Source: an uncultured Candidatus Saccharibacteria bacterium
Lineage (GTDB): Bacteria > Patescibacteriota > Minisyncoccia > Phycocordibacterales > UBA918
DNA length: 64,000 nucleotides
NCBI GenBank assembly: GCA_964493145.1
Contig: CAZBMV010000001.1
Coordinates: forward strand, 54,623-118,622
Direction: 5' to 3'
Under the pieces are notes generated by a model. That model searched no databases, had not been told where the DNA came from, and saw nothing but the letters and a program-made list of their open reading frames with translations. The translations under genes and the position numbers were made by a program. Numbering within the stretch: the first letter of the stretch is position 1; every line of letters starts with the position of its first letter. Shown here in pieces: positions 36,966 to 46,297 of this stretch.

Positions 36966-37244
36966 ATGTGTGTTTTTCTTTTTTTAAAACCGGACTACGT
37001 TTTACTATTATGTATGTGAATGTGTTGATAGTGCGATAAAAGTACGTAATTGTAGTATTTTTTGTAATATTTTTTTGTATAATTCTGTGTATAGGGTGGT
37101 TATTTTTTCACATAAATATATTTTCTATGTGAATATCTTTTACATTAAAAAATAACGATACTTTTTTTCATACCTATACACACAGTACGATAATACTTTT
37201 CCTATTTTATAAAGAACTTTTCAACACACTTCCCCACCACCCAT
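36966..37244. promoter_or_regulatory. AT-rich dnaA-dnaN intergenic region; candidate oriC/DUE with weak DnaA-box-like 9-mers
   Basis: About 75% A+T with many T/A runs. Degenerate TTATNCACA-like sites: TATTCACAT (complement of ATGTGAATA), ATTCACATA. Confidence 0.45.
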
Positions 37245-38624
37245 CTACTTGAGAAGTAAACGAATTTGAGAAATTTCTTCCTCTAACTCCGTACTCTCTT
37301 TCACCTCATGTTTTATTTTTTCACACGAGTGGATGACGGTGGTGTGGTCACGACCCCCCAACTTTTGCCCAATTGCCGGGTATGAAACTTGAAAATCCTC
37401 TCGGAGGATGTACATGATAAGTTGACGTGGCTTCACAACCTCCTTCCTACGCGTCTTTTCGTAAATACTTGCAGGATCAATGTCATAAAATCGTGCAATT
37501 TTATCCACCACATCAGAAACCGCAAGTGATTTGCGTGGGCGGGTACTGTTTTTTATAAGTACCTTCACCTCATCAAGCGAGAGCGCTCGTCCGAGGAGTT
37601 GTGATTGGCATAAAATGGTATTGAGTGCACCCTCCAACTCACGAACGTTTCCCTCTATGGTCTGTGAGAGGTGTTCAACCACATCCTCACCGAGGACGAG
37701 ACTATTTTGCGCCGCTTTTGATTTGAGAATGGCGCCCCGCGATTCAAAGTCAGGTTCAGGAATATCAACAATCATTCCCTGTGAAAAACGGGAACGGAGA
37801 CGTTCTTCCATATTTGACATGAGTGCCGGGTGAACATCACTTGAGAAGACAATCTGCTTGTTATTGTCATGCATGGCGTTGAAGAGGTGGAAGAGTTCTT
37901 CCTGCGTCTTCTCCTTATTCATAAGAAACTGCACATCGTCCATAATGAGAACGTCATACTGGCGGTACTTGTCCTTAAAATTATTTGCCGTTCCGTTCTG
38001 AAGTGAATTCATGTAGTCAACGGTAAAACGCTCACTTGTGACGTAGTACACCTTCTTCCCCGCCCGCTTCAATTGATTTCCGACAGCCTGAATGAGGTGT
38101 GTTTTTCCATGTCCCGTTTTCCCGTACACAAAGAGTGGGTTGTACGCAATGCCGGGTTTGTTTACGACCGTTCGTGCCGCAGCATGCGCGAGCTCGTTAA
38201 ACGGACCAACGACAAAATTATCAAACACATACTTCGGGTTAAGATTGTCACTCTTATTTATGTAGTACTCCTCAAGAGGAAGCGCGGCATTCACCGTTTG
38301 CTTTCGTGAAGATTCGTGTCGCTTGTCGTTTCGTTGCACAACAATATACTCTATGCTCCGCGCATAAGGAGTGAGGTCGCGAAGTGTTTTTAAAATCAAC
38401 GTCTGAAATTTATCCGCAACCCAGTCACGAACAAAAACACTTGGAACACCAAGCGTTACCGTCCCGTCTTCAAGTGAAACAATGTGTGTATCACGGAACC
38501 ACGTTTTAAAATTTGCGGAGGTTATGGAGAGTTCTATATTGACGAGCGCATCATCCCACAATTTCTTCACATCAATCTGTTCCGTCTGAATAATGTTGGT
38601 AGAGATGTTTGAAATAGAACTCAT
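37245..38624 (-). CDS. dnaA: chromosomal replication initiator DnaA
   Basis: AAA+ motifs GKTGHGKTHL and VLIMDDVQF; C-terminal DNA-binding domain (...IGQKLGGRDHTTVIH). Confidence 0.9.
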   Translation of the reverse strand: MSSISNISTNIIQTEQIDVKKLWDDALVNIELSITSANFKTWFRDTHIVSLEDGTVTLGVPSVFVRDWVADKFQTLILKTLRDLTPYARSIEYIVVQRNDKRHESSRKQTVNAALPLEEYYINKSDNLNPKYVFDNFVVGPFNELAHAAARTVVNKPGIAYNPLFVYGKTGHGKTHLIQAVGNQLKRAGKKVYYVTSERFTVDYMNSLQNGTANNFKDKYRQYDVLIMDDVQFLMNKEKTQEELFHLFNAMHDNNKQIVFSSDVHPALMSNMEERLRSRFSQGMIVDIPEPDFESRGAILKSKAAQNSLVLGEDVVEHLSQTIEGNVRELEGALNTILCQSQLLGRALSLDEVKVLIKNSTRPRKSLAVSDVVDKIARFYDIDPASIYEKTRRKEVVKPRQLIMYILREDFQVSYPAIGQKLGGRDHTTVIHSCEKIKHEVKESTELEEEISQIRLLLK

Positions 38625-38842
38625 AGAAGACGTGTTAAATGACAGAGAGAATTATACCCACCTGTGGAGAAGTGTAAATACGTGAGAAAAAACGGCGCAT
38701 TTAATATCGTGTGTGTACAGGGGATGTGCACAACGTGTGGAGAGAACTGTATACGCAAAGAGTCAATACCACAGACCAAAGCGAAGGTCCCCGCTGTTGA
38801 TTAAATGTGTTTTTTGGTGTAGAGTGTCACGCACATAATCAT
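38625..38842. promoter_or_regulatory. dnaA/rpmH divergent promoter region with DnaA-box-like TGTGGAGAA/TGTGGAGAG (= TTCTCCACA)
   Basis: Two copies of an 8/9 DnaA-box match 50 bp apart, upstream of dnaA. Confidence 0.45.
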
Positions 38843-38980
38843 ATGCCAAAAAGAACGTATCAACCAAAGAAGCGAAAGCGAGCGACAACGCACGGTTTCC
38901 TCGTTCGTGCAAAATCAAGCACAGGCGCAAACGTATTAAAAGCACGCCGACGAAAAGGACGTGCAAAATTAAGCGTTTAA
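38843..38980 (+). CDS. rpmH: 50S ribosomal protein L34
   Basis: 45 aa [45 protein letters not shown]; canonical position before rnpA; below the ORF-track length cutoff. Confidence 0.85.
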   Translation: MPKRTYQPKKRKRATTHGFLVRAKSSTGANVLKARRRKGRAKLSV

Positions 38981-38995
38981 GATACACTTGTAGAG

Positions 38996-39322
38996 ATGCT
39001 TCCACGAAAAGAACGATTGAGTAGGAAAGAATTCAATCGGTTTTTTTCTTTTGGGAAAAAGGTACACTCGGCATCATTCACACTCGTGTACGCTCCCCAT
39101 GAGGAACTCCACGTATCCGTCGTTGTTTCAAAAAAAGTGGCACCGACAGCAGTTGTGCGAAACAAGGTGCGTCGGAGGGTGTACGACATTGTGAGAAGAG
39201 CGCGCGACGAACGAAACATTCACGGAGTATACATCTTTCTTACAAAACCATCGGTGGCACGCACAGACTACACAACACTCAAGGAAGAGGTTCGCAAGCA
39301 CCTCCACACCATTATAAAGTAA
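38996..39322 (+). CDS. rnpA: ribonuclease P protein component
   Basis: RLSRKEFNRFF...FTLVY... basic 108 aa, immediately after rpmH. Confidence 0.8.
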   Translation: MLPRKERLSRKEFNRFFSFGKKVHSASFTLVYAPHEELHVSVVVSKKVAPTAVVRNKVRRRVYDIVRRARDERNIHGVYIFLTKPSVARTDYTTLKEEVRKHLHTIIK

Positions 39323-39332
39323 CCAACAGACC

Positions 39333-40079
39333 ATGACGTACATTTGGCATACATTTTTCTTTGACCCAATCTATAACAGTCTCATTTTTTTTATTGATGT
39401 TGTTCGCGGAGGCGACGTGGGCGTTGCCATCATTTGTACCGTTGTTCTTGTAAAAACCATCATTCTTCCCCTCTCGCTCAAAGCGGCACGAACGCAACTC
39501 GTCATGCGTGACATAGAACCAAAACTCACTGAAATAAAAGAAAAGTATAAAGACCAACGAGAAACACAGGCACTGAAGACCATGGAGCTATTCCGTGAAG
39601 CAAAGATCAACCCACTCACGAGCATACTTCTCCTGTTCATTCAAATTCCAATCATCATCGCACTCTATTTTTCCGTGTATTCAGGTGGGGGTGTCAAACT
39701 GCCTGAAATAAATGTTGCAATCCTCTACTCGTTTATTCCCACCCCAGAAACGGTCAGTATGATTTTTCTCGGCTTCATGGACATTACCGCAAAGAGCCTC
39801 CCGCTCGCCTTCATTGCCGGCCTCACACAATTCATACACACACACCTCTCACTCCCACCGCAAAAGCCACGAGATCCAAAAGCCGAACCGAATTTTAAAG
39901 ATGACTTTGCGCGAAGTATGCACATACAAATGAAGTACGTCATGCCGATACTCATCTTCGTTGTTGCGTACACCATTTCAGCGGCAATCGCCCTCTACTT
40001 CACCGTGAGCAACCTCATGGCTATCGCACAAGAGTACGTCGTCCGCCACAAAGGCCTTAAGGTAACACACACAAATTAG
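39333..40079 (+). CDS. yidC: membrane protein insertase YidC (short form)
   Basis: 248 aa with 5 TM helices and conserved NPLTS, following rnpA. Confidence 0.75.
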   Translation: MTYIWHTFFFDPIYNSLIFFIDVVRGGDVGVAIICTVVLVKTIILPLSLKAARTQLVMRDIEPKLTEIKEKYKDQRETQALKTMELFREAKINPLTSILLLFIQIPIIIALYFSVYSGGGVKLPEINVAILYSFIPTPETVSMIFLGFMDITAKSLPLAFIAGLTQFIHTHLSLPPQKPRDPKAEPNFKDDFARSMHIQMKYVMPILIFVVAYTISAAIALYFTVSNLMAIAQEYVVRHKGLKVTHTN

Positions 40080-40108
40080 AAATTTAGAAATACAAAAACC
40101 AACACTTT

Positions 40109-40142
40109 TATATTATAATTCCCCATGGGGAATTATAATATA
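40109..40142. repeat. perfect 34-bp palindrome TATATTATAATTCCCCATGGGGAATTATAATATA (copy 1; dyad extends to 40105-40146)
   Basis: Exact copies at 40758-40791 and 53597-53630, each with its own extra dyad-symmetric flanks. Confidence 0.8.
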
Positions 40143-40154
40143 AAAGTGTAATGT

Positions 40155-40724
40155 ATGGAGAAAAAGGAAAAAAAGAATGAGAGAATAAAACTGGGACCAA
40201 TTGGTGAAGCAATACTCGGAGTGGTTGCGGTTACAGGCATGGTTACTGTTTTTGCGGTATTCCCTGGTGTGACAACAGTTATCGCCCCCTTTTTAAAAAA
40301 GAAAAAATACTCACCAAAGCAAGCGATTGAAAGAAATATTAACTCACTCATCAAAAAAGGAGTTCTCAAAAAAGTAACTGACTCATCAGGAAACGAAAAA
40401 CTTGAACTCACAAAACGAGGACGATGGGAGGCCGCTCTCCGGTTTACTTCTCAAGATAGAAAGCAAACAAAATGGGATGGAGTTTGGAGAGTGGTGATAT
40501 TTGACGTACCACAATCAAAAGCAAAAGAACGAGGAGAACTTCGCAGGGCAATGCGTTTTTTCGGATTCAAACTTCTTCAAAAAAGCGTGTGGGTATATCC
40601 TTTTGCATGTGATGACTTCATTACACTTCTCAAAGATCATTTCGGTGTCTCGCGCGATGTTCTCTATATGAAAGTGTCACACATTGAAAACGACAAGCAT
40701 CTTAGGAGAGAGTTTGGTTTGTAA
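40155..40724 (+). CDS. membrane-anchored PaaX-family-like regulator (TM helix + wHTH-like + PaaX_C-like domain)
   Basis: TM helix IGEAILGVVAVTGMVTVFAVF; LIKKGVLKKVTDSSGNEKLELTKRG resembles the PaaX wHTH wing; TKWDGVWRVVIFDVPQSKAKERGELRRAMRFFGFKLLQKSVWVYP resembles the PaaX WDGxW...GFG core. Bracketed by the 34-bp palindromes. Confidence 0.45.
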   Translation: MEKKEKKNERIKLGPIGEAILGVVAVTGMVTVFAVFPGVTTVIAPFLKKKKYSPKQAIERNINSLIKKGVLKKVTDSSGNEKLELTKRGRWEAALRFTSQDRKQTKWDGVWRVVIFDVPQSKAKERGELRRAMRFFGFKLLQKSVWVYPFACDDFITLLKDHFGVSRDVLYMKVSHIENDKHLRREFGL

Positions 40725-40757
40725 ATAAGCCAGCGCAACTTATTTTGTAACACAACT

Positions 40758-40791
40758 TATATTATAATTCCCCATGGGGAATTATAATATA
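40758..40791. repeat. perfect 34-bp palindrome, copy 2 (dyad extends to 40751-40798)
   Basis: CACAACTTA-[core]-TAAGTTGTG. Confidence 0.8.
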
Positions 40792-40844
40792 AGTTGTGTT
40801 CAACGGGAGCATTGGAACAATAGGTATGATTGTTTGAAAACAAG

Positions 40845-41993
40845 TTATTGCAGATCAAACATCCAGAGCGCATTGTCGTTCTTGTTGATGAAGTAGAGCG
40901 CCGATTCATCCGGTGCAATGCCAATCGTGAGCACGTCAACCTCTCGTCCCGTTTCCGTAAGAAAATTGCTTAATACCGTTGCTTTGCCTTCTCTAATATC
41001 AATTCGCCAGAGCACGTCACTGTAGGAGATGCTCCCCATGTACCAATCATCAGGAAATCGCTTCCCTGCACCGAGGTCTTCAGGTGCAGAACAGTACAGG
41101 TATGAAGAACCACTGATACACTTTTCCGGAATGACAGTAATCGGAACAACGGAAGGGTTCCCCTCAGAAAGGTTTGCGAGAGAGTAGACAACACCATCAG
41201 CAAGCACCGTTGTAATCGGTGTTGCGTGGTGCACAATACCCATAAGGCCATACCCACCCGCGGTTACGTACCGAAGCCTATTTTTAGACACTTCATAAAG
41301 TGACCCTCGCTGCATTGCTGTTGGAACAGTGTACACGTACGTTGTCTCGCCCCAAATTACGTGGATATCCCGAAGCGGGATGCTAAACAACTGCACGGTC
41401 GTTTCTTTTTGCACATCGTATGCGTACCCCACAGAACCACTTTCATCCTTGAGTAGGTAGTACAACGTGCTCGTCGCTTCTCCAAAATGTATTTCAGTTG
41501 CTCCTGCCGGTAATTTTTTTCCTACGAATGAGCCACCCTGTGCTGATGCAAGTGTTCCAACGAGCGTTTCTGTATTAAGTTGAGACAGAAGCGTGATCGC
41601 AACAGAAGCGCCGTTTCGTGAAAATACTGCCTCGCGTGCACCAGGGAGCGTTGTGCCACTGATGAGTGACTCAGAACCATTCGCGGTGTTGATTTGGTAG
41701 ATGTGTCCGGTCCCCTGCTCCACGTAACGTATACCACCATCAACAAAACTCGCTCCCGCGACAGGGCGAACGGTAAGTTGTTTCAACTTCTGTATCTTAC
41801 CTGCGATGTTTATATCCTGAACATCAACGACCGAGTCATGAACTGCGACATCAGACGAATTTCCTCCAATACCAAAGTTTGAAAAAACTTCCGAACCATT
41901 CTTGGGAGACCCGAAGGTGAAAAGGTACGCCCACACACCTAGAATGATGAGAATGAGAAGGGTTCCTATAATAATGAGAATTGTTTTTTTCAT
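40845..41993 (-). CDS. secreted/membrane-anchored repeat-rich protein (beta-propeller-like), first gene after the T4SS-like cluster
   Basis: N-terminal TM/signal, Gly/Ser/Thr-rich repeats, no catalytic motifs. Confidence 0.4.
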   Translation of the reverse strand: MKKTILIIIGTLLILIILGVWAYLFTFGSPKNGSEVFSNFGIGGNSSDVAVHDSVVDVQDINIAGKIQKLKQLTVRPVAGASFVDGGIRYVEQGTGHIYQINTANGSESLISGTTLPGAREAVFSRNGASVAITLLSQLNTETLVGTLASAQGGSFVGKKLPAGATEIHFGEATSTLYYLLKDESGSVGYAYDVQKETTVQLFSIPLRDIHVIWGETTYVYTVPTAMQRGSLYEVSKNRLRYVTAGGYGLMGIVHHATPITTVLADGVVYSLANLSEGNPSVVPITVIPEKCISGSSYLYCSAPEDLGAGKRFPDDWYMGSISYSDVLWRIDIREGKATVLSNFLTETGREVDVLTIGIAPDESALYFINKNDNALWMFDLQ

Positions 41994-42736
41994 TGTGGCA
42001 TACCTTGATTTCCGTCATTACCGTAAGACGCATCTCCATAAGTACATTCTCCAACTGAAGCACTTATTATTGTGAACGTACCACTACGTGCGCTACATTG
42101 CGCGCGCGCACCACTATCATCGTAATCAACGATGTTATAACACGAAGGACAAACAGGATCAAAAATAGGAGTAAGTGAGTAACGCTCCGTTTGTATGGTA
42201 ACGTTTGTGTTTCGAATCGCCTCATCGGCAAGTTGTTCTGACGTTCTACCTTCGCCCGTATCGATGCCACCTGCTCCTGTTCCCCGCGAAGACTGATTAA
42301 GTTGAACTTTCGTTGCGTTTTCCAACACATTCAATTTCGTGAGTTCCGGGTTGATGGTGTAGAGCACGATGTACGGGAGGAGGAGTATGGCAAGTCCCAT
42401 GAGCACGCCTTTAATATCATCTTTAGCAGAAGATTTACCAGTCACCACTTCAGTTGTCGCATATTTAACACCCGCGATGGCTATTTTTACAACACCGAAA
42501 AGCGCACCGATGGAAATGAGGAGAATGTATATTTTGTTTATGTAATCAGGAAGGCTCGTCGCACCAGATGTATTGAGTCCGGGGACGTTCACGAGGGGCG
42601 TGTATTTTGCCGTCTGTGCGAGAGTGGGAGTCGCAAAAACAGCAACAAAGAAAAAAACTAAAAAGACAAGAGAAAAAACGCGGGCGAGATGAGTTTTTGT
42701 TGTACATGAAGAAAACATACGCTTATTCAAAAACAA
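41990..42736 (-). CDS. TrbC/VirB2-like pilin candidate with Cys-rich C-terminal extension
   Basis: Signal peptide, then two hydrophobic helices (ILLISIGALFGVVKIAIAGV and VLMGLAILLLPYIVLYTI) separated by a short polar loop, as in VirB2/TrbC. Confidence 0.4.
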   Translation of the reverse strand: MFLNKRMFSSCTTKTHLARVFSLVFLVFFFVAVFATPTLAQTAKYTPLVNVPGLNTSGATSLPDYINKIYILLISIGALFGVVKIAIAGVKYATTEVVTGKSSAKDDIKGVLMGLAILLLPYIVLYTINPELTKLNVLENATKVQLNQSSRGTGAGGIDTGEGRTSEQLADEAIRNTNVTIQTERYSLTPIFDPVCPSCYNIVDYDDSGARAQCSARSGTFTIISASVGECTYGDASYGNDGNQGMPQ

Positions 42737-43733
42737 GATTCAGTGCCTTTTCAATAAATTGTGGGACAGTACCTTTTGTGACCACCCGATACTCCACCTG
42801 TGCGGAGCCCGCCCCGCCCGTGCGTGCCAAAACGAGCGCGTTGGGGATACCTGTCTTTGATTGTACCTCGGTACCGTCAAGTTTCCACACAAAATCAGCA
42901 CTCTGTGCCGTTAAAGCGGTATTGAGGAAAAAGGGCTCACCGAAAAGGGTTGTTTCGTCACTCACAAACGAGAACGGATTTCGCACTTCACGGAGGAGGA
43001 GCCCGAGGAGCGGACTGTGTTCGTAAAAGTGTACCTCGGGTTCAACAAGATTTATTTCCACTTCCCCCCTTCCCACAGAGCGCCCATCATTCGCAAAAAC
43101 TTCAACGGAGATCTCTTCTTCACCAAACAGGGACGACGTGATGGTTACGGCATACCTTCCCTTAACCGGCCCCCCAAAAAGAACAGATCCCGCACGACTC
43201 CATTTATACGTGTACGCGGAGAGGGGCATGCTTGAGCCGTCGTCAACAACAGCGACGAGTTTCATTGGGGTGTTGTGTGTGGGGAGGCGGCGACCTTTGT
43301 AGAATGTGGGAACGTACGAATCTGTTTCAACAACAACATCCACGACGGAAGGTGTAAGGGTAATTTCTTTTGAGAGCGAAGGCGCTCCCGTTTTTGTGAG
43401 GACGACACGAACGGAAAGTTTTTCACCCACGTCACCCGTACGAAGAGAAATGGAGCGTTCGTTCTCAAGGTCAGACCGCCTTTCTCCGTCCACAAACCAT
43501 GAAACAGTCGCACCTATCGCATCTACCGAATAGTCATCAAGCGAAACAACGACAGTTGAGTGGGGGGCGGGGTACGATGGACGTGTGGTGAGCTGAACCC
43601 CAGCGCCGCCCAGTGCGGCAAATTGCGCATGGGCAGGAGAAAAGGAAACAAGAAACAAACCGAAAGCCAACCCAAAAAACCATAGAGAGTGAAGACGTTT
43701 CATGTTCCCAACCATATACAGTAAGTGTATCAC
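42723..43733 (-). CDS. secreted hypothetical protein (signal peptide)
   Basis: 336 aa with signal peptide, beta-rich; coupled to the neighbouring genes by overlaps. Confidence 0.4.
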   Translation of the reverse strand: MIHLLYMVGNMKRLHSLWFFGLAFGLFLVSFSPAHAQFAALGGAGVQLTTRPSYPAPHSTVVVSLDDYSVDAIGATVSWFVDGERRSDLENERSISLRTGDVGEKLSVRVVLTKTGAPSLSKEITLTPSVVDVVVETDSYVPTFYKGRRLPTHNTPMKLVAVVDDGSSMPLSAYTYKWSRAGSVLFGGPVKGRYAVTITSSLFGEEEISVEVFANDGRSVGRGEVEINLVEPEVHFYEHSPLLGLLLREVRNPFSFVSDETTLFGEPFFLNTALTAQSADFVWKLDGTEVQSKTGIPNALVLARTGGAGSAQVEYRVVTKGTVPQFIEKALNLVFE

Positions 43734-43794
43734 GCTACAGACATTCTCTGCTTAACTAATAAACAAAAGAGAGTTATTCCCAGGGTAGTCCTCA

Positions 43795-44490
43795 TTACCG
43801 CACAGCCTTTGTATTTTTGCTAAACAAAATATAACACACCCAAATAACAAGCCACGGAAAGAGATTTGTTACAGGGAAGATATTAAGCGCTAAACAAACA
43901 GCGGTCACAAATGTTGTCATTGTTGTTGCTAGGGGGTCAATTTCAAACAAATAAAATACAAACATGTAACAAATGAAAAGCACAAGAGTCATAACAACAA
44001 CTACAATCCAGAGCGCATACCCGAGAGGTTCAAAAAACAGCCAGTCTTGGAAATCAAACATCTTTCCAAGAAGTTTTCCGTACCACGTTTCATGTCGCAC
44101 ATGCAATACCACGCCATGGAGACCAAAACCAACAAGAGAACCCAATGCACAAACCAACTGGATGACGTACGCAAACAGAATTATTGAAATTGTAAAACGA
44201 AATGCTGTTTTCGTAACAACGCCAGCCGGTTTCATTTTTTTGGTAAGACTCCTTTTCAGGTTTCGTCTAACGTACTCATTCTTTGCCACACGAAGCGCTT
44301 CTGCCGTTTGGGACACAGTCCCCTCGGTACGTTCACCAGGTTCTTCCACAGGAATTTCATTCGTTTCAACACCCCTTTCTTTTTTTTCCCAATAATCAGC
44401 AAGGAGGCGTTCGTCGGTTGTTTGGCGTGATGGTAAGGAAGAAACCTTCTCATTCCAATCCTTTTGCTTGGCTTCATCAATATGTGGCAT
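43795..44490 (-). CDS. polytopic membrane protein of the T4SS-like cluster
   Basis: 231 aa, charged N-terminus plus 4 TM helices. Confidence 0.4.
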   Translation of the reverse strand: MPHIDEAKQKDWNEKVSSLPSRQTTDERLLADYWEKKERGVETNEIPVEEPGERTEGTVSQTAEALRVAKNEYVRRNLKRSLTKKMKPAGVVTKTAFRFTISIILFAYVIQLVCALGSLVGFGLHGVVLHVRHETWYGKLLGKMFDFQDWLFFEPLGYALWIVVVVMTLVLFICYMFVFYLFEIDPLATTMTTFVTAVCLALNIFPVTNLFPWLVIWVCYILFSKNTKAVR

Positions 44491-44495
44491 AGTGT

Positions 44496-46292
44496 CTATG
44501 TACTACCTCGTGCAAGTTCCGCACGCGCTTGCTGTATCTGGAGGAGTTGCGATGGGTCGGACGTGATGATTTGGTCTTCCGTGTATGACGCCATGACCTT
44601 AATCGCGACGTGCTTAAGGCCGACGAAGAAGATACCCTCCCCCACCCCTGACTCTAAAAGCATGAACTTTTCTTCATCGGTGAGGTTGAACACGCTCTGG
44701 AGTGTGTCAATCGCCGTCGGTGATTGCTTCATGAGAAGCTGAATGGATGAATTCGTGATCATCGGAACGCCGTACGGTGAGCGAAGGAAATCGTCCACGT
44801 CTTGTGTGATTGTTGAGAGGCCGAGGTAGTACTTTCGTCCGCGCTTTGCGACATTGTGGAGAAAGGCGGCCGTGTCGGGGGATTTGAGCATCCACCACGC
44901 CTCATCAATGACGAGGAGGCGCTTTTTGAGTTCACGACGAACCGCACCCCAGATGTGGTTCGTGATGATGTACATGGCGATGGTCTTCAACTCCTCCTCC
45001 ATGTCACGGAGAGAGAAGACGATGAACTTTTGATTGATGTCCACATTTGTCGGTTCGTTCATGAAGCCCGCCCACGTACCCGATGTGTACTTTGTGAGGC
45101 GTTGTACCAATGATTCGCTCCCCTCCATTCCCGCGAGTACCATTTCAAAATCCGAGAGGAGGGGTGGCGGGAGGTCGCGATAGTCACCGTTTCCCGTGAT
45201 GTCCTTGAGGGCATACACCTCGTGAAGCGCCGCATCAATGATGGCGTCTTCTTCCGGCGTGAGTCCGCCGAGCATGAGACGCATGAGCCCCACGAGTTCA
45301 ATAATGTGCGAGCGGAGAAGTTCCTTCGGATTTTCATCGGCTTGCGGTACGGGGAGATCAAACGGATTGATGTGGTGACTTGAGGAGAGCGAGATGTTGA
45401 AGAAGCGACCACCGGTTGCTTCCGCGAGGTACTCGTACTCACGTTCCGGATCAATGACGATGACTTCCGTACCGAACATGAGCGAGCGGAGAATTTCCAG
45501 CTTTGTCGTGTACGACTTTCCCGCGCCGGATGTTGCGAAGGTGACCGAGTTGTAGTTTGTGAGCTTGAAGCGATCAAAGAGCACGAGGGAACTGTTGTGA
45601 CGATTGATGCCATAGAGAATGCCGTTGTCCGAGGTGAGATCAAACGAGGTGAACGGGAAAAAACTGGAGAGTGGCGAAGAGTTGAACTTCGTGTGCACGA
45701 GGAGCATGTCGGAAACGGTGGGAATGACACTCAAGAACCCCTCTTCTTGCTGGAAAAGTGCCGGCTTAATGTAGACGAGCCGTGCATCAAGAATACCCTT
45801 TACTTCAGTTTCCATTTTGTTGAGAGTCGCCTCATTGTCGGCGTAGAGCGCAATGTAGAGGCCGACGTTAAAAAGCTTCTCTTCCGCTTGCTGAAGTTTG
45901 TCACGGAGGTCCTCAAGGTTGCGGTATGCGGCATCAAGTTGCGGGTCGCGAACCATCCCCTTCTCGGCACGCTCATTGATTTGGCTCTGAACCTCAGCGA
46001 CCTTTTTTTGGAATTTCTTAAGAGTCTCTGTCGTGTTGATAGGGTGCACAACGATAGACACATCAATTTCCCGCTCAAGGTTGAGGACAGGTTCAAGCCA
46101 CCCGTCATTGAGGTACCGCGGGTACGACACCGCAAAAAAGACACGTGAGAGGCGTCCGCTCACATTGAGACTGCGCGGATTTATACTTATTGCGGACGGA
46201 GCAACAACATCGGTGAGCGAGAGCGGAGTGTTCGCCGGCGTTGCTTCTGTAGCATCTTTCTTTTTTTGTTGTATAAAATCAAAAAGACTCAT
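44496..46292 (-). CDS. virB4: VirB4/TrbE/CagE-family type IV secretion ATPase
   Basis: Walker A FATSGAGKSYTT, Walker B LLVIDEAWWML, the GRKYY motif, and the N-terminal FFAVSYPRYLNDGWL region typical of VirB4. Confidence 0.8.
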   Translation of the reverse strand: MSLFDFIQQKKKDATEATPANTPLSLTDVVAPSAISINPRSLNVSGRLSRVFFAVSYPRYLNDGWLEPVLNLEREIDVSIVVHPINTTETLKKFQKKVAEVQSQINERAEKGMVRDPQLDAAYRNLEDLRDKLQQAEEKLFNVGLYIALYADNEATLNKMETEVKGILDARLVYIKPALFQQEEGFLSVIPTVSDMLLVHTKFNSSPLSSFFPFTSFDLTSDNGILYGINRHNSSLVLFDRFKLTNYNSVTFATSGAGKSYTTKLEILRSLMFGTEVIVIDPEREYEYLAEATGGRFFNISLSSSHHINPFDLPVPQADENPKELLRSHIIELVGLMRLMLGGLTPEEDAIIDAALHEVYALKDITGNGDYRDLPPPLLSDFEMVLAGMEGSESLVQRLTKYTSGTWAGFMNEPTNVDINQKFIVFSLRDMEEELKTIAMYIITNHIWGAVRRELKKRLLVIDEAWWMLKSPDTAAFLHNVAKRGRKYYLGLSTITQDVDDFLRSPYGVPMITNSSIQLLMKQSPTAIDTLQSVFNLTDEEKFMLLESGVGEGIFFVGLKHVAIKVMASYTEDQIITSDPSQLLQIQQARAELARGST

Positions 46293-46297
46293 AGGTG

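Noticed and set aside
40155-40724. Cas2/VapD-like endoribonuclease reading of the 189-aa ORF (VVIFDV...GFKLLQKSVWVY fits a beta-alpha-beta Cas2 pattern)
   Set aside because: The WDGxW motif and the wHTH-like N-segment fit a PaaX-family regulator better. There is no cas1 or repeat-spacer array, and the flanking palindromes are not direct repeats. Kept as an alternative to test by HMM.
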